A DNA stretch of 64,000 bases, taken from positions 12,184 through 76,183 of the forward strand of contig JAFXCH010000011.1 in NCBI GenBank assembly GCA_017516485.1, in the 5' to 3' direction. The translations under genes and the position numbers were made by a program. Below the pieces are notes generated by a model that saw nothing but the letters and a program-made list of their open reading frames with translations, had not been told where the DNA came from and did no database searches. Positions 53,927 through 63,912 of this stretch are shown piece by piece; the first letter of the stretch is position 1, and each line of letters starts with the position of its first letter. The DNA is from Clostridia bacterium. GTDB lineage: Bacteria > Bacillota > Clostridia > Oscillospirales > Acutalibacteraceae.

Positions 53927-55179
53927 AGGTTTTATGGACAGTAAATTTAATACCTGCCGCAGTTTCGGTCAAGCTCGGAAAAACGTCTGAAGTGCTCGGC
54001 GGTTGGGTTGAATCTATGGCAGCAAAGCTGAGCGAAAACAACGATATTGAGCTTGGAATTGTTTGCAAATGCGAAGAAAATCTTAATTTCTGTGAAGTGA
54101 TTGATGGCATAACATATTTCAGCCTTTACTATACTTCCTCGACTTCGCTTTCAGAGCTTGAGTCAAAGTGTAATGAAATAGTTACCAAGTTTAATCCTGA
54201 CATTGTAAATATAGAAGGTACGGAATTCCTTCATGCGAGAGCGATGCAGCTTAGTGCAAAAAATCACAATATTCCTGCCGTTGTTTCACTTCAGGGTATT
54301 CTTAACGGCCAGTACGCTTACCAGTGTGGTCAGCTCCCTGTTGACGATATGATGTTTTCAAAATCTTTGACAAACATCTTTTCTGCCTGGATTATGCATC
54401 TTCGCAAAACCATGTGGTACAAGCCACGTATGAAGCCTGAAAAAGAGATAATCGAAAATGCGGATTATATTCTCGGCAGAACAACATGGGACAGAGCACA
54501 TTCATACGCTATTAATCCCAATGCAAAATACTATCCCTGCAGCCGTATTCTCCGTGCCCCTTTTTATGAAGAAAAATGGTCTGCAGAAAAAATGCAGCGT
54601 CATTCAATTTATGTAGGTAACGGATATAATGCACTCAAGGGTGCACACTTTGTCGTTATGGCACTCCCGTATCTTATAAGGGAGTATCCCGATGTAAAGG
54701 TATATATTGCAGGCTATAAGCCCTATCAGGAAAACGACAAGCGCTCGATTCTGAAAAAAGGTTATGCGGCATACCTTAAAAAGCTTATATACGACCTTGG
54801 CGTACAGGATCATATTGAGTTTACGGGTCCTCTCAAGGCACCGCAGGTAGCGCAGATGCTTTCAAAGGTAAACGCATACGTGCTTTGTTCAACTATTGAA
54901 AACAGCCCCAATACTCTCGGTGAAGCTATGATGGTCGGTACGCCCTGCGTTTCAGCTTATGTCGGCGGTGTTTCGGATATGGCGGAAGATGGAAAAGAAG
55001 CTCTGTTTTACCGGAATGATGACCCGAAGCTTCTTGCCTGGAATCTCAAACGCATTTTTGACAGTGATGAGTTTGCACTTGCACTTTCCGAAGCAGGCAA
55101 GAAAAAGGCGCGTATAACACACGACCCCGAAAGAAACGCACAGCTGCTTATTGATGCTTATACGGATATTTTAGAGTGA
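53923..55179 (+). CDS. glycosyltransferase family 4
   Basis: ENSPNTLGEAMMVGTPCVSAYVGGVSDMAEDGKEALF. Confidence 0.75.
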   Translation: MKVLWTVNLIPAAVSVKLGKTSEVLGGWVESMAAKLSENNDIELGIVCKCEENLNFCEVIDGITYFSLYYTSSTSLSELESKCNEIVTKFNPDIVNIEGTEFLHARAMQLSAKNHNIPAVVSLQGILNGQYAYQCGQLPVDDMMFSKSLTNIFSAWIMHLRKTMWYKPRMKPEKEIIENADYILGRTTWDRAHSYAINPNAKYYPCSRILRAPFYEEKWSAEKMQRHSIYVGNGYNALKGAHFVVMALPYLIREYPDVKVYIAGYKPYQENDKRSILKKGYAAYLKKLIYDLGVQDHIEFTGPLKAPQVAQMLSKVNAYVLCSTIENSPNTLGEAMMVGTPCVSAYVGGVSDMAEDGKEALFYRNDDPKLLAWNLKRIFDSDEFALALSEAGKKKARITHDPERNAQLLIDAYTDILE

Positions 55180-55238
55180 CGGAAGCAATACGAATTATGC
55201 CTGAAAGCTGAAGATTTTTTATCGTAAGGAGAAATAAT

Positions 55239-56168
55239 ATGAGTTACGCACCGATTATAATATTTGTATATAACCGTGCAGACCATTTTACTCAAGTCTA
55301 TAATGCTCTCTCTGCCTGTAAAGAGGCAAAGGAATCCGAGCTTTTTGTTTTCTCCGACGGAGCAAAAAACGAGGAAGGCAAAGAAAAGGTCAATGAAGTC
55401 CGTGCCGCTGTTGCAGCTGTTAAGGATGCAGGTGATTTCAAATCAGTTACCGTAACAGAAAGTCCCGTAAACAGAGGTCTTGCCGCATCGGTTATTGCAG
55501 GTGTTACGGAAATTATCAACAAGTACGGCAAAGTAATCGTTGTTGAGGATGACTGCAAGGTTTCTCCTTTCTTTCTTAGTTTTATGAACAGTGCTCTTGA
55601 TTATTATCAATCCGATAATAAAATCGGTTCAATCGCAGGCTATACTCCTATGATAAATCTTCCCGATGATTACAGCAGTGATGTGTTTGCCGCATACCGT
55701 TCATGCAGCTGGACGTGGGCAACATGGAAAGACCGCTGGGAAAATGTGGATTGGGAGCTTAAAGAAATAAAAGATTTTTACAATTCTCCTGAGCTTATCC
55801 GTCGTCTCAACTCAAACGGAAGCGACAGATTTATCCGTCTTTACCGCCAGACAAAGGGTAACGGCAGCTCCTGGTCGGTAAGATTCGGTGCACATCTTGT
55901 GAAAAATAATCTTCTTACGGTTTATCCGAGATTTTCTTATAACAGCAACATAGGCTGTGATGAATCGGGCGTACACAGCACATCAGACGATGCAGAAAAA
56001 ATGCGTGTGGATTTATCAAAAGCAATCCCCAACCCTGTTTTGACCGATATTGAAATTGACGACAGAATTCAGAAAATAATGAAAAAGCACTATTCCTACG
56101 GTTTTGTTTCGGATGCCAAGAAATTTATCGCAACACTCTTGATTGTTATTAAAGAAAGGTTGAGATAA
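55239..56168 (+). CDS. GT-A fold glycosyltransferase (GNT-I/GT13-like)
   Basis: PIIIFVYNRADHF and VIVVEDDCKVSPFFLSFM resemble the GnT-I-type DxD region. Confidence 0.5.
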   Translation: MSYAPIIIFVYNRADHFTQVYNALSACKEAKESELFVFSDGAKNEEGKEKVNEVRAAVAAVKDAGDFKSVTVTESPVNRGLAASVIAGVTEIINKYGKVIVVEDDCKVSPFFLSFMNSALDYYQSDNKIGSIAGYTPMINLPDDYSSDVFAAYRSCSWTWATWKDRWENVDWELKEIKDFYNSPELIRRLNSNGSDRFIRLYRQTKGNGSSWSVRFGAHLVKNNLLTVYPRFSYNSNIGCDESGVHSTSDDAEKMRVDLSKAIPNPVLTDIEIDDRIQKIMKKHYSYGFVSDAKKFIATLLIVIKERLR

Positions 56169-56172
56169 AATA

Positions 56173-57165
56173 ATGGAAAATCAGCCTATCGTAAGTGTAA
56201 TTATTCCCGTTTATAATGTTGAAGATTATCTTTGTGAATGTGTCGACAGCGTTATAAACCAGACATACAAAAATCTTGAAATAATTCTTGTTGACGACGG
56301 TTCAACCGATTCGTCAGGTAAAATCTGCGATGATTATGCCGAAAAAGACGAAAGAATCCGTGTTATTCATAAAAACAATAGCGGTCCGTCAAAGACAAGA
56401 AACGTTGGGCTTGAGCATGCTAAGGGAAAATATATATTTTTTCTTGACAGTGACGATTATATCGAACTTAATGCATTGGAAATGCTTGTGCAAGCAGCAG
56501 AAACAAACGATGCGGATCTTGTGTTTTTTGAAGCACATTCTTTTTCAGATGACGGTGCAGAAATAAATCAAGGGTATGTCGTTAAGGGTAACTATAAGGC
56601 TAAAGGCGGCTATGAGGTTTTAACTGAGTTACATAATAATAAGGATTATCATTGTGCAATTTATCTTTTATTTATCAACAGACAACTGATTATTGATAAC
56701 ACAATCTCCTTCCTGGAATCAGCATATTGTTCCGAAGATATGCTGTTTACCTATCAGGTTTATTGCTGTGCACAAAAAGCCGTTCAATGTAAAAAAGCAT
56801 TATACAACAGGCGATATCGCTCAGGTTCTATTGTCACATCAAAAAAAACACAGTGCCATTTCCGTAGTTGTCGTGACGTTTATGAAGAAATCAGAGATTT
56901 TTCGGAACGAATTGGCAAAACCGGAGACTATATGGCAACAGAATATACCGTGCGTTGTGCATTTAATGCACTTGATACTTACAAAAAGATTTCAAAAGAA
57001 GAACAGGTTTTCTGCAAAGAAGAATATAATTTGCTAAAGCAAGATATTCTCTCACATTCAGCTTACGGCAACCCCTCTCTCAGAATGCGCTGTTACGGTA
57101 AAGCATTCTGGTTTATTTATAAAGTATTCGAAAAAACAGTCGGCAGACTGCTGAAAGGAAAATAA
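56173..57165 (+). CDS. glycosyltransferase family 2
   Basis: VSVIIPVYNVEDYLCECVDSVINQTYKNLEIILVDDGSTD and FLDSDD. Confidence 0.85.
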   Translation: MENQPIVSVIIPVYNVEDYLCECVDSVINQTYKNLEIILVDDGSTDSSGKICDDYAEKDERIRVIHKNNSGPSKTRNVGLEHAKGKYIFFLDSDDYIELNALEMLVQAAETNDADLVFFEAHSFSDDGAEINQGYVVKGNYKAKGGYEVLTELHNNKDYHCAIYLLFINRQLIIDNTISFLESAYCSEDMLFTYQVYCCAQKAVQCKKALYNRRYRSGSIVTSKKTQCHFRSCRDVYEEIRDFSERIGKTGDYMATEYTVRCAFNALDTYKKISKEEQVFCKEEYNLLKQDILSHSAYGNPSLRMRCYGKAFWFIYKVFEKTVGRLLKGK

Positions 57166-58373
57166 TGAGCAAGAAAAAACAGCTTATGTTCATAATGCCC
57201 GTTATGAAGGGCGGCGGTGCTGAAAAAGTTGCGGCACTTCTACTCAATGAATTTAATAAAAACGGTTATGAGTGTGAGCTTGTTCTTACCAACTCGGAAA
57301 GGAACGAGATTGTTCACCGAGGACTCAGTCCCGAAGTCAGCCTTACCGTACTGCGTGAAGCTTTTCCGGAAAGCAGTGGTTTCAGAAAGCTGATTATCAC
57401 TCTGTTAAGATTGATATCATCGATTATCTGCAAAATTCCCGAAGCTCTCGGCAAAAAAGTTCCCGCATGTTTTGCGAGATTTTCGTTCAGCGCTCAATAT
57501 TACGATGAGCTGAAAGCTTTGAAAAAGCATTTCACAGCAAAACCCGATGCGGTAATTCTTTCGTTTCTCCAGCCTTCAATTCCGCTTACTCTTTTAGCGG
57601 CGGATGGCTTACCGAACAGAGTTGTAGTTTCAGAGAGAGCAGACCCGTACCGACTACTTAAAAAGCGTTACGGATATAACTTTGTTGAAAAATATTATCA
57701 GCGTGCGGATGCCGTTGTCTTTCAGACCAATGATGCAAAGGCGGCTTACCCCGAAAATATTTCCCAAAAAGGTACGGTTATTTTTAATCCCATAAATGAT
57801 AAGCTTCCCGAGCCTTATCACGGTGAAAGAGAAAAATACATAACAACGTTCTGCCGAGTTTCAAGGCAGAAAAATCTTCCCGTGCTTGTCAGTGCTTTTG
57901 CAGGTTTTCATAAAGATTTTGTTGATTACAGACTCAAAGTTATCGGTGAACCACAGAATGCTGATGATATGGCTGCGCTCGAAGAAACCAAAGCTATTGC
58001 CGAAAAGCTCGGCATTACGCAGTATATTGATTTTCTTCCGTTCAGCACTCAGGTGCACGACCTTATTATCCGCGATGCTATGTATATAAATTCATCCGAC
58101 TATGAGGGTATGTCCAATGCAATGCTTGAAGCAATGGCAATAGGTATGCCCGTTGTTTGTACGGACTGTCCTATAGGCGGTGCAAACGCTGTTATAAATA
58201 ATAACGAAAACGGTATTCTCACAAAAGTCGGTGACGCAGAAGAAATGTGCGAAGCTATGAAAAAAATTGCAAGCGATAAATCTTTTGCAGATACACTTTC
58301 ATATAACGCGGTACGGATAAGATATGACCTTTCACTTGTTAATACAGCAAAAAAATGGATGGAGCTGTTTTAA
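57165..58373 (+). CDS. glycosyltransferase family 4
   Basis: EGMSNAMLEAMAIGMPVVCTDCPIGGANAVINNNENG. Confidence 0.8.
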   Translation: MSKKKQLMFIMPVMKGGGAEKVAALLLNEFNKNGYECELVLTNSERNEIVHRGLSPEVSLTVLREAFPESSGFRKLIITLLRLISSIICKIPEALGKKVPACFARFSFSAQYYDELKALKKHFTAKPDAVILSFLQPSIPLTLLAADGLPNRVVVSERADPYRLLKKRYGYNFVEKYYQRADAVVFQTNDAKAAYPENISQKGTVIFNPINDKLPEPYHGEREKYITTFCRVSRQKNLPVLVSAFAGFHKDFVDYRLKVIGEPQNADDMAALEETKAIAEKLGITQYIDFLPFSTQVHDLIIRDAMYINSSDYEGMSNAMLEAMAIGMPVVCTDCPIGGANAVINNNENGILTKVGDAEEMCEAMKKIASDKSFADTLSYNAVRIRYDLSLVNTAKKWMELF

Positions 58374-59540
58374 ATGAAAAAAAAGCTTTTAATAGTAGCT
58401 CACCATATGACTATCGGCGGTGTGCAGAAGTCGCTTATATCAGCATTAAAAGCTCTGGATTATGACAAGTACGACGTCACGTTGTATCTTCGCAAAAACC
58501 GTACCGACCTTATTCCTTTTGTTGATGAAAGAGTTACTGTAATTGTAAACACCGACCCTAACCGATACTACAGAAAACCTTATGCAATTATTTTGCAAAT
58601 CAAGTCACTTATTGCAAAAGCTTTCGGCAAAAAAGATAAAGCTGAAAAGCTCAACGATATTCTTGAAGAAAAAATCCGTTGCGACGCTATGGAGTATGAG
58701 CGGAAAACATATTTCGGTAACACACACTACGATATCGCAGTCGCTTATGTGCAGGGTTACGTTGCGCTGTTTGTCGATAAATGCATAAATGCCGATAAAA
58801 AAATTATTTTTTATCATACAAGCACAAACGATACCCCCGAAATTCACAACGCAGTTATCCCGAATTATTCGGCAGTTGCCGCTTTGCACGAGCAGCAGAA
58901 AGCTTTGCTTGAAGAGTGGTATCCTTCTTCAAAGGGAAAAATAAAAATTGTCGAAAACTATACGGATAAGGACTTAATAACCGAGCAGAGTAAAGCCTTT
59001 TCAATTCCTGAAACGGATAAAACCGTTATCTGCTCCTGCGGCAGATTCTCTCCCGTCAAAGGTTTTGATATGGCAGTTGAAGCCGCAAAAATACTTAAAG
59101 AGCAAAAAGTAAATTTTACCTGGTACTTTGTCGGTGACGGACCTGAAAGAGCAAATCTTGAAAATAAGATAGCTGAATACAAACTTGAAGATAATATTGT
59201 CATTACCGGTATGCAGAAAAATCCCTATCCCTATATGGCAGGCTGCGATATCTATGTCCAGCCGTCGTATGAGGAGGCGCTAGGGCTTACAATACTTGAA
59301 GCACACAGAATCAATAAGCCCATTGTTACAACGGCTACAGTCGGCGGATGCAAGCTTGTTGAAACCGACACAAACGGCATAGTCTGCGAAATAAAACCCG
59401 AAGCAATCGCAGAAAGCATAACCGATCTTATTAATGATAAAGAAAAGTATAACTGTATAACAAATAATCTCAAAGTAAGCGATTATTCGCACGAGTTTAA
59501 TAAATACAAACAGCAGTGGAAATCTCTGTTAGAGGAGTGA
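58374..59540 (+). CDS. glycosyltransferase family 4
   Basis: EEALGLTILEAHRINKPIVTTATVGGCKLVETDTNG. Confidence 0.75.
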   Translation: MKKKLLIVAHHMTIGGVQKSLISALKALDYDKYDVTLYLRKNRTDLIPFVDERVTVIVNTDPNRYYRKPYAIILQIKSLIAKAFGKKDKAEKLNDILEEKIRCDAMEYERKTYFGNTHYDIAVAYVQGYVALFVDKCINADKKIIFYHTSTNDTPEIHNAVIPNYSAVAALHEQQKALLEEWYPSSKGKIKIVENYTDKDLITEQSKAFSIPETDKTVICSCGRFSPVKGFDMAVEAAKILKEQKVNFTWYFVGDGPERANLENKIAEYKLEDNIVITGMQKNPYPYMAGCDIYVQPSYEEALGLTILEAHRINKPIVTTATVGGCKLVETDTNGIVCEIKPEAIAESITDLINDKEKYNCITNNLKVSDYSHEFNKYKQQWKSLLEE

Positions 59541-59544
59541 AACA

Positions 59545-60603
59545 ATGAAATTCAGCATACTTGTTCCCGTATATAATGTTGAACAATATCTCGAGCAGTG
59601 TGTTGAATCATTGCTTAACCAGACCTACCAAGGCGATTACGAAATTATACTTGTAGATGACGGCTCAACCGATTCTTCCGGTAAAATCTGCGATAAATTT
59701 AAAGAGAATAACTCTGATAAAATCAAGGTTATTCATAAGGAAAACGGTGGACATACCTCCGCACGGCTTGAGGCAATTAAAAACGCAAGCGGTGAATACT
59801 GCCTTTTCTGTGATTCTGATGATTTTGTTGAATCTGATCTTCTCGAAACCGTAAATAATGTTCTGTCCGACAATCCCGATACGGATATGGTTATGTATTC
59901 TTTCTGTTATTATGAAGAAGGTAAAAAAACACGGCGCAATATTTCTGTATGGAATGCAACGGAAATATTTGAGGGTAATGAAAAGAAAAAGCTTTATAAT
60001 CTGCTTATAACAACACCGCATATCAATTCTTTATGTACTAAAGCCATAAAAACCGAATTACTGAAAAACGATCCGACTGATTACAGTGTTCTTAAAGATA
60101 AAGACATTGCGGAAGATGCCTATATAGTTTCGTGTTTTGTAACGGCTTGTAAAAAGATAATAAATATTAACGAGTCGCTCTATAATTACAGAACAAACAG
60201 AAAAAGTATATCCCGTTCATATAACCCGCAAAAAATTGATAGAAAAAATATGCTTTTTCTGTACAGGCGTTTTGTTGAACTTCTTCCCGTATGGGAAATG
60301 AATGATGAAGAAACATTAAATACGATTTATAAATCTTGTTTCAGTAACGCAATGTATCTGTTCAGAATGCATTATAAATACGCAAATAACAAACAAAGTC
60401 GCAAACTTGTTCTGGAGTATAATTGGAACTCCATGCTTTTTGATGAGATTATTACCGAACCTCAAAAATATGCAAATCCAACAAATATCAGACTTTATGA
60501 AATGGTTTCTGATAAACAGTATTTTCGACTGAAAGTCTGGTTTTTAAAAAACAGAATCTATCAATGTGTTAAAAAGACCAAGAAAAAAATCAGAGGAGTG
60601 TGA
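59545..60603 (+). CDS. glycosyltransferase family 2
   Basis: FSILVPVYNVEQYLEQCVESLLNQTYQGDYEIILVDDGSTD and CDSDD. Confidence 0.85.
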   Translation: MKFSILVPVYNVEQYLEQCVESLLNQTYQGDYEIILVDDGSTDSSGKICDKFKENNSDKIKVIHKENGGHTSARLEAIKNASGEYCLFCDSDDFVESDLLETVNNVLSDNPDTDMVMYSFCYYEEGKKTRRNISVWNATEIFEGNEKKKLYNLLITTPHINSLCTKAIKTELLKNDPTDYSVLKDKDIAEDAYIVSCFVTACKKIININESLYNYRTNRKSISRSYNPQKIDRKNMLFLYRRFVELLPVWEMNDEETLNTIYKSCFSNAMYLFRMHYKYANNKQSRKLVLEYNWNSMLFDEIITEPQKYANPTNIRLYEMVSDKQYFRLKVWFLKNRIYQCVKKTKKKIRGV

Positions 60604-60610
60604 AATCCCA

Positions 60611-61636
60611 ATGGAACTGAAGAACAACCTTGTTTCAGTCATAATGAGTAACTATAACACTCCCGAAGAATATCTCAGGCAGGCTATTGAAAGCATACTT
60701 AACCAAACCTACAGGAATTTTGAATTTATTATTATAGACGACTGTTCAACCGACAACTCACTTCAGATAATAGAATCATATACGGACAACCGGATAAAAA
60801 TTATCCGAAACGAACAGAATCTCGGCATTACAAAGTCGCTGAATAAAGGACTTGCTGTTGCTGTCGGAGAGTTCGTTGCCAGAATGGATGCGGACGACAT
60901 TTCTCTTCCGGAACGTTTTGAAAAACAGGTTGCTTTCCTTAAAAGCCACACCGAATATATAGTGTGCGGTACGGGCGTAGAGTTGATCGGCGAATGGGAG
61001 AAAAAACACAGCAACAAATATATCTGCAGAACTATTCCGGAAAGAGAACAGTTCAGAATAAATCTTCTTTTTGGTAATTATCCGAATATTGTGCATCCGA
61101 CAGCAATGTTCAATAACACCCTGCTAAAAAAGTATGGCATTACATATAACGAGAATTATCCGTTAGCTCAGGATTACAGAATGTGGGTAAGCTGCAGCGA
61201 GGTTGCGGAGTGTGCAAACCTTCCGGAAACTTTACTCAATTACCGTGTTCACGGAAAAGCGGTTTCAAGTGACAAAAAGCAGCTTCAATCCGAAATAGCA
61301 ATTCGGATTATGCAGGAACAGCTGGACAAGTTGGACCTTAAACTCTCGGATGAATATGCCGTAATACACAAGGATTTTCTGTACAGCAGAAAAGAATATA
61401 ATTTAAAATGCAAAAAATGGATTAAAACCCTTTTGAATCACAACAAAATACATAAGGTTTATAACCAAAAACTTTTCAAAAAAACTCTGTGGAAAAAGTG
61501 GGCTGAGATTTCATATTTCGGATTATTTCAATCCAATAATGTTTTGGAAACCTTCAGTGTAGTAGTGCACATTTCTCCCTTGCTTTTTCCGTACCTTTTC
61601 AAATTTAGAAAAAGAAGAAAAAGGGAAAAAACATAA
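60611..61636 (+). CDS. glycosyltransferase family 2
   Basis: VSVIMSNYNTPEEYLRQAIESILNQTYRNFEFIIIDDCSTD and RMDADD. Start set at the internal ATG 60611. Confidence 0.8.
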   Translation: MELKNNLVSVIMSNYNTPEEYLRQAIESILNQTYRNFEFIIIDDCSTDNSLQIIESYTDNRIKIIRNEQNLGITKSLNKGLAVAVGEFVARMDADDISLPERFEKQVAFLKSHTEYIVCGTGVELIGEWEKKHSNKYICRTIPEREQFRINLLFGNYPNIVHPTAMFNNTLLKKYGITYNENYPLAQDYRMWVSCSEVAECANLPETLLNYRVHGKAVSSDKKQLQSEIAIRIMQEQLDKLDLKLSDEYAVIHKDFLYSRKEYNLKCKKWIKTLLNHNKIHKVYNQKLFKKTLWKKWAEISYFGLFQSNNVLETFSVVVHISPLLFPYLFKFRKRRKREKT

Positions 61637-61672
61637 ACAGATGAGAAAGTGATTTATAGATGGAGGATACCG

Positions 61673-62884
61673 GTGAATCATATTGTATTTGTTATAGGAA
61701 ACTATAAAAACGGTGGAGTTGCAAGAAGGGCAACAACATTAGCTAATGAATTTGCAAAAGTCGGATATAACTGTACGATTTTAGTTACACGGGAACTATC
61801 GAAAAACGTTTTTTTTCAAACTAATGAAAATGTAGAAATTATCGAATTAAGCAAGTATGTGAGTAAAAACAAGAGGCTGCCTCAGTCAGAAAAAGCTTTA
61901 AAAAGGAAAATAAACATTCTGAAAAAAATGCAGCACATTACTGTTGGCTTAAAATCATTAAACATTAAAATTTCAACAAGAATTAAAATGTTAAGAAGCG
62001 GAATGAAACTGCTGCCGTATATTTCAGATCATAAAGACAGCTTATATATTTCGTTTGGCATATATTTATTGGCAGCGGTACATAGTGCCACACTAGGAGA
62101 AAAAATAAAACTTATTTATTCAGAAATAAATGCCCCGGAAGTAGACTTACCAGCAGAAAAAGCGGCACGTAAAGAAATGATTAAAATTGTCGCCGATGCA
62201 GATTGTGCAATTTTTCAAACTGAGTCTGAGCGAGATTTTTTTGATGGATATCTGAAAAAAGCATTTGTAATAAACAATCCAGTTAAAGAAAATTTACCTG
62301 CACCTTACCGTGGAGAACGAAGGAATATTGCGGTCAACTATTGCAGGGTGGCAGAGCAAAAAAACTTAAAGCTTCTGATAGATGCGTTTATGTTATTTAC
62401 ACAAACCCATTCTGATTATACTCTTGAGATCTATGGAAATACAGTTATAAAAGATGAAGAAGATTTGCTTAATCAGTTGAAAGATTATGTAAAATCAATC
62501 AATGCTCAACAGTTTATTAGATTTCTTGAACCAAGAGCGGATATTCACAATATCGTTCGCGATTATGCTATGTTTGTTTCATCATCTGACTTTGAAGGAT
62601 TATCGAACTCTATGATAGAAGCATTGGCAATCGGTCTGCCCTGCGTTTGCACAGATTGCCTTGGCGGCGGTGCAAGAGAGATGATAACAGACGGTGAAAA
62701 CGGTCTGCTTGTACCGATGAACGATGCAGTAGCTCTGGCCAAAGCTATGAATCGAATGATTGACGATAAAGATTTAATTCATAAATGTTATCTCAATGCC
62801 GATAAAATCCGCATAGAACTTTGTGCAGAAAAAATAACACAAAAATGGTTGGATGTTGTTAATTCTACAGTTAAGCAAGGATGA
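61673..62884 (+). CDS. glycosyltransferase family 4
   Basis: EGLSNSMIEALAIGLPCVCTDCLGGGAREMITDGENG. GTG at 61673 lies 5 nt after GGAGGA. Confidence 0.75.
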   Translation: MNHIVFVIGNYKNGGVARRATTLANEFAKVGYNCTILVTRELSKNVFFQTNENVEIIELSKYVSKNKRLPQSEKALKRKINILKKMQHITVGLKSLNIKISTRIKMLRSGMKLLPYISDHKDSLYISFGIYLLAAVHSATLGEKIKLIYSEINAPEVDLPAEKAARKEMIKIVADADCAIFQTESERDFFDGYLKKAFVINNPVKENLPAPYRGERRNIAVNYCRVAEQKNLKLLIDAFMLFTQTHSDYTLEIYGNTVIKDEEDLLNQLKDYVKSINAQQFIRFLEPRADIHNIVRDYAMFVSSSDFEGLSNSMIEALAIGLPCVCTDCLGGGAREMITDGENGLLVPMNDAVALAKAMNRMIDDKDLIHKCYLNADKIRIELCAEKITQKWLDVVNSTVKQG

Positions 62885-62985
62885 TAACAATATTATGTCC
62901 TTTCCCTAAAGATTTAAAATTAACAAAACTTCTTAAAGAATACATAGTCTGACTATCCCGAAAATATGTTGGAGATGATTGAAAA

Positions 62986-63909
62986 ATGATCACGATCATA
63001 AAAGAACATCTTTATTCAGTTAAAAAATCTATAATTAAATTCTATGAAAATAAATTTACATTGAAGGGAAAATATTCATGTATTTTTCCTGATAAAATAT
63101 ACATAAAAAAAGTATTTGAACTTCGTGCCGGAAAGAAGTTAAATCTGCACAATCCTCAAACATTCAACGAAAAATGCAACTGGCTAAAACTTTATGACAG
63201 AAAACCGATATATACTATTATGGCAGATAAATATCTGGCGAGACAGTATATATCGGAAAGAATTGGTGGCAGTCATTTAATTCCATTGGTAGGTGTCTGG
63301 GACAGGACAGACGATATAGATTTCGAATCCCTTCCCGATAAATTTGTGCTTAAATGCAATCATGACAACGGCGTTATTATTTGTCATGATAAAACCAAAC
63401 TGGATTTTTCAGCTACCGTAACAGAACTCAACAAAAAACTTCAAAGAAACTATTACAAAAAGCACAGAGAATGGCCTTATAAAAAAATCAAACGGAAAAT
63501 TATATGTGAAAAGCTTCTCGAAAATTCAAACGGTACTCCCCTTCTGGAATACAACGTTTTTTGCTTTAACGGTATTCCAAAATTTTTTAAGGTAGGCAGT
63601 ATATTATCCGACGGTACACTTGCTAAAGATTTCTATGATATTAACTGGAATTATCTTGATATGAAAACCGGTGCTTATGCCGGAGATATTTTTCCAAAAC
63701 CGCTCCATTATGATGATCTTCTGGAAATTGCTAAAAAGCTTTCGGCTGGAACGACACACGTAAGAGTCGATTTTTACGATTGTGATAATACGTTGTATAA
63801 TGGCGAATTAACTTTTTTCTCAAACGGCGGACACATGAATTTCTCATCTGAAGAATGGAACTATATCTGGGGTCAAGAGCTTGAGTTACCTAAAAAACGC
63901 AGGAGATAA
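62986..63909 (+). CDS. TupA-like ATP-grasp amidoligase family protein
   Basis: NPQTFNEKCNWLKLYDRKPIYTIMADKYLARQYI and KCNHDNG are typical of ATPgrasp_TupA proteins in polysaccharide loci. Confidence 0.65.
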   Translation: MITIIKEHLYSVKKSIIKFYENKFTLKGKYSCIFPDKIYIKKVFELRAGKKLNLHNPQTFNEKCNWLKLYDRKPIYTIMADKYLARQYISERIGGSHLIPLVGVWDRTDDIDFESLPDKFVLKCNHDNGVIICHDKTKLDFSATVTELNKKLQRNYYKKHREWPYKKIKRKIICEKLLENSNGTPLLEYNVFCFNGIPKFFKVGSILSDGTLAKDFYDINWNYLDMKTGAYAGDIFPKPLHYDDLLEIAKKLSAGTTHVRVDFYDCDNTLYNGELTFFSNGGHMNFSSEEWNYIWGQELELPKKRRR

Positions 63910-63912
63910 ATT

